Shown here one piece after another: positions 9,990-20,181 of a stretch of 64,000 nt of DNA. Source of the DNA: a virus. Its lineage: Duplodnaviria > Caudoviricetes. Each line of letters starts with the position of its first letter. Position 1 is the stretch's first letter. The stretch covers positions 160,001-224,000 of IMG/VR virus record IMGVR_UViG_3300014590_000001. One strand, written 5' to 3'. A program made the position numbers and the translations under genes. The notes under the pieces are model-generated. The model was given only the letters and a program-made list of their open reading frames with translations, searched no databases and was not told where the DNA came from.

Positions 9990-10612
9990 TTTTCACCTTC
10001 AGATTTTGTTGCAGTCATTACAAACTTTCCACTAATAGGAGAAGTTTTCTCAACTTCCATATCCAAAACAACTTCGTCAGTGGATTGAATACGCGCCAGC
10101 GTGTTAGCTAAATTCATATTCAACTTCATCCCGCAACGCTGCAATTGTTCCATCGTTTTGACTTTTTCAATTGCAATATGCGCAGCAATCATCGGATCGC
10201 CACAATCAACTTTATTGCGGAAGGAATACCAGCTAATAACATCAGCAATTTGTTTCATGCTGAAGTTACGGCTTACCAGAAACGCTATCTGGTAGTTCAG
10301 TTTCACAATAGACAATTGCTTTGTGACTGTAGCGAGGCGATCACGAATGTACTCAAGCGAACGATCATCGTTGCGAATATCCAGCACTTCTTGCCAGTAC
10401 AGAGTATTGTTCGCATCAACACGACTTGCATTCTTGCGCAGCGTGGCAATCGAGTTTCGTTTGCAGTGAATCGCTTTCACCAGATCTTTAAGTTCGGCTG
10501 AGAGTTCCATGCCGAGCAGATACATCTTTTCGCAGTAGTGACCGTGAAACAATTCGTGGTCTGCCGGACGTGCTTGTTTTTCACGGTGACGCGGAGTAAA
10601 TAAATGTGGCAT
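9986..10612 (-). CDS. hypothetical protein
   Basis: 208 aa, 4-nt overlap with kptA. Confidence 0.7.
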   Translation of the reverse strand: MPHLFTPRHREKQARPADHELFHGHYCEKMYLLGMELSAELKDLVKAIHCKRNSIATLRKNASRVDANNTLYWQEVLDIRNDDRSLEYIRDRLATVTKQLSIVKLNYQIAFLVSRNFSMKQIADVISWYSFRNKVDCGDPMIAAHIAIEKVKTMEQLQRCGMKLNMNLANTLARIQSTDEVVLDMEVEKTSPISGKFVMTATKSEGEK

Positions 10613-10620
10613 ACATTACC

Positions 10621-10848
10621 TTAAAAGTTTTCGTGTTTCTCTGACTTCTCACTTTGTGCATCTTTACGGGAGTAATAACGAGCGCGGGAAGAAGTCATCC
10701 ACAGCAGAGCAATGAAACCGATCCAAATCGCAACGTAGCGAAAAGTTTTTACTGGTTCCGTATTATAAATCCAATACATGAACCAGACGCCGACGATGAA
10801 GAATGCAAGTATCCAGAGAAGCATGAGAAGAAGTTCTTTGTGTTTCAT
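10621..10848 (-). CDS. small two-TM membrane protein
   Basis: Start reassigned to MKHKELLL (GGAG RBS); two hydrophobic segments. Confidence 0.65.
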   Translation of the reverse strand: MKHKELLLMLLWILAFFIVGVWFMYWIYNTEPVKTFRYVAIWIGFIALLWMTSSRARYYSRKDAQSEKSEKHENF

Positions 10849-10850
10849 AT

Positions 10851-11084
10851 TTATCTCCGTTTCGATTTTCTCGAACGACGAGGCAGCACTAAAGTTTTGT
10901 ACTGCCGTCGAGTCATCGAATGTGGCGCAGGTTTTTGAGAGCCAGAATAACACGCCGCCGAAAACTGATCGTCGTCTTGCGGATCGTTAAGCGTCTTTAT
11001 TTCTACAAATTTACCAGACTGACTTTCGGCATAACGACGATCAATGGCTGCGAAAAGTACAGCAAGGAGTGTTATTCGTGACAT
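10851..11084 (-). CDS. hypothetical protein
   Basis: 77 aa with basic C-terminus. Confidence 0.55.
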   Translation of the reverse strand: MSRITLLAVLFAAIDRRYAESQSGKFVEIKTLNDPQDDDQFSAACYSGSQKPAPHSMTRRQYKTLVLPRRSRKSKRR

Positions 11085-11170
11085 TGTATTTCCCTATCTA
11101 AATTTTTAATAGATTGCCATACAGCTTCCGCATGTTTTGGAAAGATCCAGAATAGGAAGAGAAGCGCGAT

Positions 11171-11305
11171 TCACTCGTCCTCCTCTTCTTGTTCGCCACG
11201 TTCCAGATCACAGGATTGGCACAGGTCATCCCACTCACCATACACCTCACCCTCATTCAGATCTTCGCCGCAATCAGTGCAACGGGAATACGCTTCTTTT
11301 GTCAT
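11171..11305 (-). CDS. CxxC..CxxC acidic zinc-binding microprotein (44 aa), absent from the ORF track
   Basis: MTKEAYSRCTDCGEDL...LCQSCDLERGEQEEEDE; ATGA overlap with the upstream stop. Confidence 0.6.
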   Translation of the reverse strand: MTKEAYSRCTDCGEDLNEGEVYGEWDDLCQSCDLERGEQEEEDE

Positions 11306-11976
11306 AAGGATTTTCTCTCATTAATCAAATCAACAACTTCTTGAGGAATGGATTCGATATCCTGATCGATATACACAGGATTGATTTTGATCGGGAAAGA
11401 AAGTCTTCCTTCCGCAACTCGTTTGCAAATTTCGCCCCAACGCATTCCGGCAGGAACATCCAGCGCGTGATCCCAAAAATCTTTTTGAAGCGCATCAATG
11501 TAGGACGACGCAAGTTTCACAAACGGTTTTATATGCAGAACGTAAATCGGAACCATACGTGAAAGTGTCGCACTTAGATTAAACTTTCGTTCCTGAACAT
11601 CAATAGCGATTGGGACAAGAAAACGCTCACCCTCTTTTGCTTGCCGCACGTTTGGAATAGTTCCCGCGAAAGCCATCGGAGTTTCATCAGTAACGACGCG
11701 AAGAATGTCCGTTGTGAAAACGGAAAGAATTCCGATAGAACGATTCACGATATCTTCCGATACATGCTGAACACGCAGCACAGGAATTTTCGTATAGTTC
11801 TTAACGTGTCTGCCTGAAACTTTTTGATCGGCAATCACAGGCAATTTAATTTCGCGCCCTTCTTTGGTAAGCATTGGCATCCAGAACAAACGCACACCAA
11901 TATAGTGACCGTTCAGCGCGAAGTATGAAGTTGTATTTAGATTTTCAGACACACGGAAATGTTCAAGAGGTTCCAT
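11302..11976 (-). CDS. hypothetical protein
   Basis: 224 aa. Confidence 0.7.
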   Translation of the reverse strand: MEPLEHFRVSENLNTTSYFALNGHYIGVRLFWMPMLTKEGREIKLPVIADQKVSGRHVKNYTKIPVLRVQHVSEDIVNRSIGILSVFTTDILRVVTDETPMAFAGTIPNVRQAKEGERFLVPIAIDVQERKFNLSATLSRMVPIYVLHIKPFVKLASSYIDALQKDFWDHALDVPAGMRWGEICKRVAEGRLSFPIKINPVYIDQDIESIPQEVVDLINERKSL

Positions 11977-12713
11977 TAGCGTTCCACCTTTACCTGTTCC
12001 GGATCTTCTTGCCCGTCAAAATCAGGCAGACACTGACACGATGCTGAATGGCATTTGTTGCACACCGATTCTTCATCAATATCGCAATCGCAATTACGGC
12101 AGCCGCAATGTTCGCAATCTGCATCCGCCCACTCTTCGTCTTCGTCTTCGTCTTCCTCGTCGTACTCTTCTTCGTTGCAGGAACAGTCATCGCCAATCTG
12201 ACCGCCACAAGTTTCACACCATTCAACGGCATGTTCCTGATACATGTCTTCGTAAGCATACGGCGTAGGTTCGATTTCAACCGGAACAAAACCAGTGAAG
12301 CGCACAACAGAGTCACGCGCATATTCCAGCATTTGCTCTTTGGTGTACGCCGGATAAGAATGATCCGCAAAGGTAGCCGCAGGTTTCGGCAGCACCGGAT
12401 AGCCAGTAGGCAAAGTTTCAACTTGCTGTTCATCTTCCGGATCAAGATGAATGCCTAAGCGATACATCGCGAAACAAAGTGCGCTCACTTCATCACTGAA
12501 AAGAATTTCCGCATCGTTCAGGTTCGACGCGACAATCATGATCTTTTCTTCGGCAGGAGTGAGAATCACGTTGCATTCGCCCATAATCGCAATGTTGTCT
12601 TCGTTCACACGAACTTCCAGATCGTTTGCGGGATCTTGCAGCACTGGTAGGAAAACGCCAGATTGTTCGTGAGTACCGATCATGATAGAAAGGAGTGCAG
12701 TGAATTTTCTCAT
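11976..12713 (-). CDS. hypothetical protein with Cys-rich acidic C-terminus
   Basis: Three CxxC-x(2-7)-CxC clusters. Confidence 0.7.
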   Translation of the reverse strand: MRKFTALLSIMIGTHEQSGVFLPVLQDPANDLEVRVNEDNIAIMGECNVILTPAEEKIMIVASNLNDAEILFSDEVSALCFAMYRLGIHLDPEDEQQVETLPTGYPVLPKPAATFADHSYPAYTKEQMLEYARDSVVRFTGFVPVEIEPTPYAYEDMYQEHAVEWCETCGGQIGDDCSCNEEEYDEEDEDEDEEWADADCEHCGCRNCDCDIDEESVCNKCHSASCQCLPDFDGQEDPEQVKVER

Positions 12714-13318
12714 TTTGAGCCTCGAATAAAGAAGTGGAGTGAAGAAATAATTAAACCGATTGTTGCCGAATAGATAGCAGGAACAACCATTGTCGGATCA
12801 TTGAAACGATAGGCACCGTGAATCAGAAAAGCGAGTACCGCAGCCCCAACGACGGCCTGAGTAGTAGCAACAATCTTGAAAGTTTTGCTCATACGTTCCG
12901 GACGCGCTACAAACATTTTCAATTTGTTTTGATCGCGCACTACAGTGAGTACGCGATAAAAGTTTTTGTCCAGACGAATACGGCGAGAGCCAAACCAGAA
13001 TGGATATGAAAAGATTCCACCAATCCAATCTGCGATCTGTTCATCAGTAAATTCCACGACAACAGTTTTGCGATCATGCTCGTAGATTTTACCTCCCAAC
13101 ACAGGAGCTATATAAACGCCGTGAAGCAAAACAGTTTTATATTGCATTTCATGCGGAAACTTACCCGTAGCCAGAGCGCGATCAATCGCATCAGTTTTGT
13201 CGCGAGCAAACAAACGATAAAACCAGAAACGCACTTCTGGATTCAAGATGTTTACGATCAAAATAGCAGCAAGCAAAACAATCAGAGCAGTGATCATATC
13301 GTTCATAGTTTCGCCCAC
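12710..13318 (-). CDS. hypothetical membrane protein
   Basis: N- and C-terminal hydrophobic helices. Confidence 0.7.
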   Translation of the reverse strand: MGETMNDMITALIVLLAAILIVNILNPEVRFWFYRLFARDKTDAIDRALATGKFPHEMQYKTVLLHGVYIAPVLGGKIYEHDRKTVVVEFTDEQIADWIGGIFSYPFWFGSRRIRLDKNFYRVLTVVRDQNKLKMFVARPERMSKTFKIVATTQAVVGAAVLAFLIHGAYRFNDPTMVVPAIYSATIGLIISSLHFFIRGSK

Positions 13319-14163
13319 TTTTTTAAACGGTCAATAACTTTGGTGCGTTTGTCTACGCGAGTAAATCGAGGCTCATTCAGAACGCATTCGATGATATCGA
13401 AACCGTCATCCCAATCCAATTGATCTACATCCGTATCGACTACGTACTTGTCGAAGAAATCAATCAGACAATCCATTTCAATCGACGCAATGGCGGCAAT
13501 GGTAGATTCTTTATCCATGCCTAACGTGATTCCAAAATCTTTCAACATGCGATTGAATGCGGGACGCTGGCTGTATTTATCGTACCAGTCGGAGCGTTTA
13601 CGCTGCGTCGATTCTCGATCCAACCGTTCCCAATTTTCACGATTTTCATCTTTGCGATCCTGTTCCGCAAAGAGAGCTTCAAGTTTATCGTGCTCGTCGT
13701 CGAAATCTTCGTGAAATTCACGTTCACATTCAGATTCGTCTTCATCAAGATCGTCGTCGTAATCGTTGAGATTGTTTTCATCAGAAACAACAGGCGCAGA
13801 GTTCGGACGTAACTCAACAAACAAATTGAATTGACCGATAACGGAAGTTGCGTAATAAAGCGCATCAGTCGAGTTATCGAAAACAATAGTGCGCTCGCGT
13901 GGAAGTTCACATTCATCAAAGAGAACGTCATCGGATTGTTGCGCTTTGACGCACACGTTGCCGTTTGCAGCACCGGAAAACTCAATGAAATAATTCACAT
14001 CATCTTCAGGATCGTTCGCGCAGATTTCAATTGTGTGGGGAGTGATTTTGATTTCACACATTTGAATCAATGCGCGAAGAGTTTGGACTTCGATGCTGTC
14101 AGTTTTATCTTCAGAAAATGCAGCAACGAAAAGAGAGGCGATTAGAGTAAGTTTGCTGTTCAT
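13303..14163 (-). CDS. hypothetical protein
   Basis: 286 aa; N-terminus loosely resembles that of 11976..12713. Confidence 0.7.
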   Translation of the reverse strand: MNSKLTLIASLFVAAFSEDKTDSIEVQTLRALIQMCEIKITPHTIEICANDPEDDVNYFIEFSGAANGNVCVKAQQSDDVLFDECELPRERTIVFDNSTDALYYATSVIGQFNLFVELRPNSAPVVSDENNLNDYDDDLDEDESECEREFHEDFDDEHDKLEALFAEQDRKDENRENWERLDRESTQRKRSDWYDKYSQRPAFNRMLKDFGITLGMDKESTIAAIASIEMDCLIDFFDKYVVDTDVDQLDWDDGFDIIECVLNEPRFTRVDKRTKVIDRLKKWAKL

Positions 14164-14186
14164 AGCAATTCCTTATTAAGAAGTGA

Positions 14187-14480
14187 TTAGCAGTGATTGT
14201 TTTGGGTAAAGATGCCGTGCTCGTCGTACTTAGCCAGAGAGAAGTGATCGTTCCAGACTTTTTCAGTCAACGAATACAGGTCACTCATTTCCGGAGGCAT
14301 GTTAAAATACTTGTTAAAATTCGTAGCGTCTTCCACACGATCAAAAAACACAACAACGGAACGAGCCAGATGGTATTCAATACCGCCTGGGATATACCAA
14401 ACTGAGCAAGCAGCAACACTTGTTTCAGTGCGAACAAAAGAACCATTATTTTCTTTAGCCTTGTCAGAAATTTCAGACAT
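14187..14480 (-). CDS. hypothetical protein
   Basis: 97 aa. Confidence 0.6.
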   Translation of the reverse strand: MSEISDKAKENNGSFVRTETSVAACSVWYIPGGIEYHLARSVVVFFDRVEDATNFNKYFNMPPEMSDLYSLTEKVWNDHFSLAKYDEHGIFTQNNHC

Positions 14481-14481
14481 T

Positions 14482-14925
14482 TTAGTTTGTACCTTTCAAA
14501 ATACGGAATTTTTTAGGTACAGGACTTTTAAGAATCTCCATACGCGGAAGTTTAAGTTCTTCGGCATTTTGCTTTTTGATAGCAGTTGCGAAACTTCTTG
14601 CTATCCTCTGCTTGTCGCCCATAGACAAGGCAGAGTAGGCAGGTGCTGAAGGAATGAGATAATAAAAATCTGACACAGCGTAATTCACGCCCTCGTCAAA
14701 ATCTTCAGAGGAAAGAACAAGCGCCAGAAGATCCTCTGCGTAGATATCGGCTACGTCTTTAGGCAAAATATCAGCAGTAGCGATGCCGCCGGATTCTTTG
14801 GCTTCCGCTGCCTTAGAAATAGCATAGGCCAAAAGATCGTTAACTGCCGTATTGAACGATTTGGTTTTGTCCATATTGAGAATATCTTTAACCAAACTGT
14901 CCGAAAGTTTCAAAGTAATCTGCAT
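14482..14925 (-). CDS. ribbon-helix-helix-type DNA-binding protein
   Basis: MQITLKLSDSLVKDI...KSFNTAVNDLLAYAI fits the RHH pattern. Confidence 0.6.
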   Translation of the reverse strand: MQITLKLSDSLVKDILNMDKTKSFNTAVNDLLAYAISKAAEAKESGGIATADILPKDVADIYAEDLLALVLSSEDFDEGVNYAVSDFYYLIPSAPAYSALSMGDKQRIARSFATAIKKQNAEELKLPRMEILKSPVPKKFRILKGTN

Positions 14926-14973
14926 TTTTATTTCCTTTAAGGTAGAAAGCCGCCCGTTAAGGCGGCGAGAAGA

Positions 14974-15399
14974 TTAATATTCGTTGTGGCGTTTGCCATC
15001 GTGACGGCGACGAATTGCACCGTGTTCATCGCGAAAGTAATATTGTTCGCGTGGAAAACCTTTCGGCGTACACCACAGATCTGGTTCGTCGCGATACGGA
15101 TCGATGTGTTCTTCGAAGTCGATGAAATCCGTAATCGGCTTTTCGTTTTCATCAGAGTAATAGAACACCGGAATCCATTCGCTAGTTTCGTAACGGTAAC
15201 GCCATTTCGAATCTGCGAACCCAGGAACAGTTAAAAGCTGTTCAGCGGTTACATGCGATGTTTGCAGACAGGCTTCAATTTTAGAAGCGTCTTTCGCGCG
15301 AACAACAAAGTTCAGCGAAGGGATATCGCGTAACTTCAGATCGTTTTCAATCTGAGCCAGAGTATAAACTTCGTTGCGCAGTGGATACATTTTTCTCAT
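14974..15399 (-). CDS. hypothetical protein
   Basis: 141 aa, AAGGAG RBS. Confidence 0.7.
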   Translation of the reverse strand: MRKMYPLRNEVYTLAQIENDLKLRDIPSLNFVVRAKDASKIEACLQTSHVTAEQLLTVPGFADSKWRYRYETSEWIPVFYYSDENEKPITDFIDFEEHIDPYRDEPDLWCTPKGFPREQYYFRDEHGAIRRRHDGKRHNEY

Positions 15400-15491
15400 T
15401 TCGATTCTCCTTTGACCGGACTTATCCGCGTCGTAGTTAGAGTTAGTTTACACATTTCAAAAGGCACTCGTTAGAATGCCTTTCACAATGT

Positions 15492-15800
15492 TTATCGAAT
15501 GTGACGAAAGATTAACATCACGCCAGCGTAAACTTCTTCAGGCGCAGGATTATATTCGTTGCGATCCTCTTGCGCTCGAATCTCTTCCATCAACATTAAG
15601 TTGACTAAGTTTCGATGCCAGAGAGGAAGTGCATTCTGGAATTTAATTCCGTACATGCAATCCATCGCTTTCTGACGTTCCCAAATTTCTTCTCTGTTCT
15701 CTTCGACGTAGAAACGATCAGCTACATCGCGAGATCCCAACGTAACGGTGAACGTTGTGTTGTTGGAGAAGTTCATGGTGATTTCAGTAGTTGAGGACAT
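15492..15800 (-). CDS. hypothetical protein
   Basis: 102 aa, AAGGAG RBS, first gene after promoter copy 3. Confidence 0.7.
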   Translation of the reverse strand: MSSTTEITMNFSNNTTFTVTLGSRDVADRFYVEENREEIWERQKAMDCMYGIKFQNALPLWHRNLVNLMLMEEIRAQEDRNEYNPAPEEVYAGVMLIFRHIR

Positions 15801-15882
15801 AAAGGACTCCTTGATAAATGGGTTGTTTTTTGGTGTGCAGCCTTCCCCTCTATTTTGCCTAAAAAGCCTGAGACTTTCTACC

Positions 15883-15908
15883 GGTATTTTGGACAGCTAT
15901 TTGCAGAC
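15883..15908 (-). promoter_or_regulatory. putative phage promoter, long-form copy 3
   Basis: GGTATTTTGGACAGCTATTTGCAGAC. Confidence 0.7.
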
Positions 15909-15913
15909 TTGTC

Positions 15914-16255
15914 TTAGCTCCAGCGCGGGAATCCGTTCTCGTCATACAGGACAATAAGAGCCGTTGACGTGTGGCGATGCCCGACCAGCGATTGCTGAAG
16001 TTCTTCATCAGGGATTTCTTTGAGGTGCGTAGCAGTCTCATAAAACTTTCTTGCTGCCGCAGAGTCGGAGAAACACCAGCGATATTTCATGATCTCCATT
16101 TTGGTTATGCCGACACAAACAGCTAACGAAAACGCGAGAGAAATAATCCCAATCCATTCCCCATCAGGAAGACGACGCACACAATGAAAGTTGCTTTCGT
16201 TTTTCAACCACGCTTCAACTTCTTCGTCGGTCATATCAGGAAATGCGTTAACCAT
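15914..16255 (-). CDS. hypothetical protein
   Basis: 113 aa. Confidence 0.65.
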   Translation of the reverse strand: MVNAFPDMTDEEVEAWLKNESNFHCVRRLPDGEWIGIISLAFSLAVCVGITKMEIMKYRWCFSDSAAARKFYETATHLKEIPDEELQQSLVGHRHTSTALIVLYDENGFPRWS

Positions 16256-16318
16256 TTTTATACTCTCTTTGCAGGTGAAACGAAAAATGGGAATGAGCTT
16301 TCGCCCACTCCCAATGTT

Positions 16319-16567
16319 TTATTTTTGGATGGAATCTACAACATCGCCCAAACCCATCGCACGTAAAAGTGCAGCCGGATCGTTTTGCTGTTCATCCCAA
16401 CCTTTTCCGGTTCGAATTTCCGCAGACTCAACACGATCAACGTTGACCATGAAATCTGCGAGAGCATTACGAAACTCTGCTTCAGTTTCGTTTTCGTTTG
16501 GTTGACGGAAACCGCGTTGTGCTGCGCGAGCTTTCAGAGAATCGAAATCAGGAAATGACATTGGCAT
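16319..16567 (-). CDS. hypothetical protein
   Basis: 82 aa followed by a hairpin terminator. Confidence 0.7.
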   Translation of the reverse strand: MPMSFPDFDSLKARAAQRGFRQPNENETEAEFRNALADFMVNVDRVESAEIRTGKGWDEQQNDPAALLRAMGLGDVVDSIQK

Positions 16568-16577
16568 AACGTTTACC

Positions 16578-16931
16578 TTAGTAGAGAAGTTTTAAACGGT
16601 AGCAGCGGCCTTTGAAACCGCCGTTGTAAAAATTGCCGCGCTCGATAGAGGCTTGCGACCATTCTTGTTCGTCTTTAACACGTCGCTCAACTTCACGCAT
16701 ATCGTCATGCGAAACATTGGCGAGGATTTCGAAATCAGGAAACAATACCTGAATTCCTTTTTCGCCGTCTTCAACCTGTTCGTGAGTGAAGCCAGCAATA
16801 ACAGGGAAGCCGGAAGCGGCAAGAATCGCGAATTGAACAACGCAATCTAACGTGTCAGCCTCGGACAACTCTGAACGGAAACTATTTTCTTTTAAAACCA
16901 ACTCTCGAAAGATTGCGCTGTTCATTTTCAT
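16578..16931 (-). CDS. hypothetical protein
   Basis: 117 aa, GAGG RBS. Confidence 0.7.
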   Translation of the reverse strand: MKMNSAIFRELVLKENSFRSELSEADTLDCVVQFAILAASGFPVIAGFTHEQVEDGEKGIQVLFPDFEILANVSHDDMREVERRVKDEQEWSQASIERGNFYNGGFKGRCYRLKLLY

Positions 16932-16942
16932 ACTACACCTCT

Positions 16943-17308
16943 TTAGGATTCTTGCAGACAGGCAGGAACGGAAACAACCACACCTGCATAGTCATTGATT
17001 AAAACTTTGTACGCAGCGTGTGCCATCTTTTCTGCGCGTTGGATGTTTCGAGTTTCAGGCGATTGCGCCGTCCACCCGTCGGTACTGTTCCAACTAAATT
17101 CGATATGCTTCTCTTCGACTTCATGGAACAATTGGAAATCAACAGTGCGTGAAGCGGAGAAATGTTTCACGCCCGTAACGATGCCGTTAGCGTCTTCAAC
17201 ATAGCGCGTAGAAACAATTGGATTGCAGCCGTTCATCTTTGCCAGATACCAGTGCATTGCTTCTTCCGAAAGATCCGCTACGTGAACAATAACCATTTCG
17301 TTTTTCAT
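16943..17308 (-). CDS. hypothetical protein
   Basis: 121 aa, GAGG RBS. Confidence 0.7.
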   Translation of the reverse strand: MKNEMVIVHVADLSEEAMHWYLAKMNGCNPIVSTRYVEDANGIVTGVKHFSASRTVDFQLFHEVEEKHIEFSWNSTDGWTAQSPETRNIQRAEKMAHAAYKVLINDYAGVVVSVPACLQES

Positions 17309-17314
17309 AATCCC

Positions 17315-17686
17315 TCACACGATGTTGTTATGTTTAGCGCCGACTTCCCAAATCCACGGACGATGAAGATCGCTGCGATGTTTGGAAAGTTCTTTAGCGT
17401 ATGCTGCATCAACCTGAACAAGTTCAGTGTTTATGATTTCAGAATAGCATTCGCCTTGCGAAAGTTGTTTTTGTTGTTGGATAAAACTTTTGAACGCTTC
17501 GAGATTTTGTTTTGTTTCGAGATAAACAAAACCGTCAGGACGTTTACCCACACCGCGCTCACGTTCGATCATGTGACACACGATAACAATGTTTGGAATG
17601 CCGACAGCAGGACGAAGTTCTTCGCCAGTGTTCGGACAGAAATGTTTAGTATCCGACATCATCAGCCATCCCCTGCGTTTGAACAT
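17315..17686 (-). CDS. hypothetical protein (start uncertain, probably about 17659)
   Basis: Co-oriented ORF. Confidence 0.6.
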   Translation of the reverse strand: MFKRRGWLMMSDTKHFCPNTGEELRPAVGIPNIVIVCHMIERERGVGKRPDGFVYLETKQNLEAFKSFIQQQKQLSQGECYSEIINTELVQVDAAYAKELSKHRSDLHRPWIWEVGAKHNNIV

Positions 17687-18230
17687 AGACAGAATCTTTC
17701 TTCCGATTGTAATCGGCGGTCACGGTTACAACCATGTTGTTAGAAAGATGAACGCGACCTTTCCAGAATCCAGAATACTGTTCGGAAAAGTTATAGGCAC
17801 GTAGGCACGTAATGTTTGCGTCACGGTAAATATCAATCGTACTGACGACAGGACAAACATCAGCAGCAACGCGATCTGGATTTTTAGCATCGTCAATTTT
17901 GAATGACGTAAGCAAGTAGATAATCAGAATAACCAGATACGCCCACGCGACGTTTAAGTTTTTCTTGCCAGCACGTTTCTCACGCTTGAACATGTAGACC
18001 GGCATAAGCAGACACCAGAAAACATTTGGCGGGTTATCGACACCGTTTTTCATTAGTGTTTTCTGATCGCTATGAATGATCGCCATATTCATAATAACAG
18101 TGGCAACTGCGCCCCACACGAAATACTGATCAGGAACAGCGAAGTCCATAATCGAATACACGATGAAGATTAAAAAGAACGCTGCCAGATTCAGGCCATC
18201 GAAAGAACGTAAATCAAAAAACTTTTTCAC
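17646..18230 (-). CDS. hypothetical membrane protein
   Basis: Several TM segments plus a soluble C-terminal domain. Confidence 0.7.
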   Translation of the reverse strand: MKKFFDLRSFDGLNLAAFFLIFIVYSIMDFAVPDQYFVWGAVATVIMNMAIIHSDQKTLMKNGVDNPPNVFWCLLMPVYMFKREKRAGKKNLNVAWAYLVILIIYLLTSFKIDDAKNPDRVAADVCPVVSTIDIYRDANITCLRAYNFSEQYSGFWKGRVHLSNNMVVTVTADYNRKKDSVYVQTQGMADDVGY

Positions 18231-18240
18231 AGGATTTTCC

Positions 18241-18336
18241 TCAGTTGAGAGAGATAACTATTAATAATGCAAGTGCAAGTAAAGTCCAAAACTTGCGCGT
18301 TGACATGCGGTATTTGATTTCACCGTACTGAACCAC
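18241..18336 (-). CDS. membrane microprotein (31 aa), absent from the ORF track
   Basis: GTG start with GGAGG RBS; ...RKFWTLLALALLIVISLN. Confidence 0.5.
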   Translation of the reverse strand: MVQYGEIKYRMSTRKFWTLLALALLIVISLN

Positions 18337-18337
18337 G

Positions 18338-18592
18338 TTAACGCCTCCGAGGGAATGGAAACGCTATTGCTACAGAGAATCCAAAATACATTGTGTACAA
18401 ACTTATCACCGGAATTTTAATATACGGCGGCAAGTGCCAAACTTTCACGTCCACATAAATGAACAAGAAATACAGAGCGAGGCCAGCAAAGAAACTAATT
18501 CGTGCCTTTGCTTTGGTGCCGAATAAGATCCGATACAAAGGAGAAGAAATCTTCTTTAGCGAAGACGATACTTTCTGAATCAAGATTGACAT
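18338..18592 (-). CDS. small membrane protein
   Basis: Two hydrophobic segments; overlaps the upstream gene. Confidence 0.5.
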   Translation of the reverse strand: MSILIQKVSSSLKKISSPLYRILFGTKAKARISFFAGLALYFLFIYVDVKVWHLPPYIKIPVISLYTMYFGFSVAIAFPFPRRR

Positions 18593-19256
18593 TGTGCTTC
18601 TCCAGCATGTGTTGAATCGCCTTTACCTCATGGCGTAAAAGTTTTGGCAACGCATCTTCGACAGGGCCACCGCCAAAAAGAATGTACGTGGCTTTATCGA
18701 TCAACTGCGCATCAGTTTGCGGTTCGCAACAGAAACACTGTTCACCCTTCACATACAGGCAAAGTCGCACACGTTGATTTGCGCCCGTTTGCTGAATGTG
18801 AAGTTCTGTAGAATAGTTTACAGTTTTGTCGCGAATGATGATTCGATCCGGAAACTCCGAAACAGATACGCCGCTCGCAGTATTGTTTTTCAGTGACTGC
18901 GCATAGACAACAGCAGTTTCAAAAAGCGGTGTGCGTTTGAAACTTTGTGCAGCGAGATATTTATAGATCGCGTCCATCGCCTGTTCCATTGTTTCGGCGT
19001 GAACCATATCGCTGAAAGTTCCCTGCGTACAAATCACATTCACGTAATGCAGGTCACTACGCATGATTGCGATTTCGCGCAAGTCGGCTGCGTCCTCATT
19101 CCACACAGCAGGACGCAACACCAATTTAAACTGCAACTGCGTTACAACTTTCGGCACAGCTACGCGCAGAATATCTTGCGTCTGCGCGTCCGGTTTGCTG
19201 CCTAAGAATTTAACGTACAGTTCATCAAACAAAGTTTCTTTTTTCTGCTTAGGCAT
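18495..19256 (-). CDS. hypothetical protein
   Basis: 253 aa. Confidence 0.7.
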   Translation of the reverse strand: MPKQKKETLFDELYVKFLGSKPDAQTQDILRVAVPKVVTQLQFKLVLRPAVWNEDAADLREIAIMRSDLHYVNVICTQGTFSDMVHAETMEQAMDAIYKYLAAQSFKRTPLFETAVVYAQSLKNNTASGVSVSEFPDRIIIRDKTVNYSTELHIQQTGANQRVRLCLYVKGEQCFCCEPQTDAQLIDKATYILFGGGPVEDALPKLLRHEVKAIQHMLEKHNVNLDSESIVFAKEDFFSFVSDLIRHQSKGTN

Positions 19257-19257
19257 T

Positions 19258-19488
19258 TTAGTCTCTCGTCATGATGGAATTTTTCAGACGCTTCAGCGCA
19301 TATTCGTTTTCGCGTTGCAGCATTTCGTCGGCGTCTTTCTGCGCGTCCAGAATATCGTTGACCATTTCTTCTTTCGAAGGTTCATCGTCATCATCCTGTA
19401 GATCGTCATACAGGCGATATTCATCCGCAACATCATGCAGAGTTTGGAGATCCATTGCCTCCAGTTCTTCGCGAGTTCTCTTACTCAT
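19258..19488 (-). CDS. Rho-N/HeH-like small acidic protein
   Basis: REELEAMDLQTLHDVADEY...SKEEMVNDILDAQ fits the Rho N-terminal HeH pattern. Confidence 0.65.
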   Translation of the reverse strand: MSKRTREELEAMDLQTLHDVADEYRLYDDLQDDDDEPSKEEMVNDILDAQKDADEMLQRENEYALKRLKNSIMTRD

Positions 19489-19765
19489 TTGGTTTACCTT
19501 TACCGATGTATCCGATTTTCATTGTGAACAACAGGAACGTAATCACCAGCAGATTAGCGTTTAAGTTTTTCTGCGGTGACGGCATTTGCGTAAGTCCGAT
19601 ATGCAGCAGATGATGAATGCGATAGTCATTGTGCTTTCCGGAGCGCGTGAAATACCAGAGTTCCCAACCGATGCCTAATTCCAAAACGGCGCGACCAAAG
19701 AACCACGTTCCTTTAATTGATCGCTTGCCGTCTTTATGAATGTGCTTGCGCAGAAACTTTTTCAT
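19481..19765 (-). CDS. hypothetical protein
   Basis: 94 aa, coupled. Confidence 0.6.
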   Translation of the reverse strand: MKKFLRKHIHKDGKRSIKGTWFFGRAVLELGIGWELWYFTRSGKHNDYRIHHLLHIGLTQMPSPQKNLNANLLVITFLLFTMKIGYIGKGKPNE

Positions 19766-20181
19766 TTCTTTTGATGCCTAAGTCTGAAAACTTCCAGTAC
19801 GTAGCCGCCTGTCAGTCGCGTATCGAAACGACACTGCCACTGCGAATAAATATCCGTAAGGTGAGCATTTGCAAACTGCAATAGTTCGTGTGTTCCGGTA
19901 AAGCGCAACGAAACACGATAGCCGTGAAGTCTGCCGAAAAGGTTATCCACAAATTCTAAAAACTCTTTGCAGGAAACCATAGGGCAATCTTCAAGAACGG
20001 CAACAATCAAATACGAATCCGTTTTGACCGTCACGTTCGTTGTGCCGTCGCCAAATGAAACAGGCACAGCATTAAAAACGCGCTCAGTATTTCGAGCGCA
20101 ATCACGTACCATCCCCGAAATCAGGTTGCTTGCGTAATTATTCTGCATTGCGGTACGCCTCGATATTATAGAAAGGTTCAT
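19762..20181 (-). CDS. hypothetical protein
   Basis: 139 aa; true start possibly about 20148. Confidence 0.6.
   Translation of the reverse strand: MNLSIISRRTAMQNNYASNLISGMVRDCARNTERVFNAVPVSFGDGTTNVTVKTDSYLIVAVLEDCPMVSCKEFLEFVDNLFGRLHGYRVSLRFTGTHELLQFANAHLTDIYSQWQCRFDTRLTGGYVLEVFRLRHQKK

Noticed and set aside
14482-14925. MQITLKLS as a member of the MEILISLS leader family
   Set aside because: Better explained as the beta-strand of a ribbon-helix-helix domain
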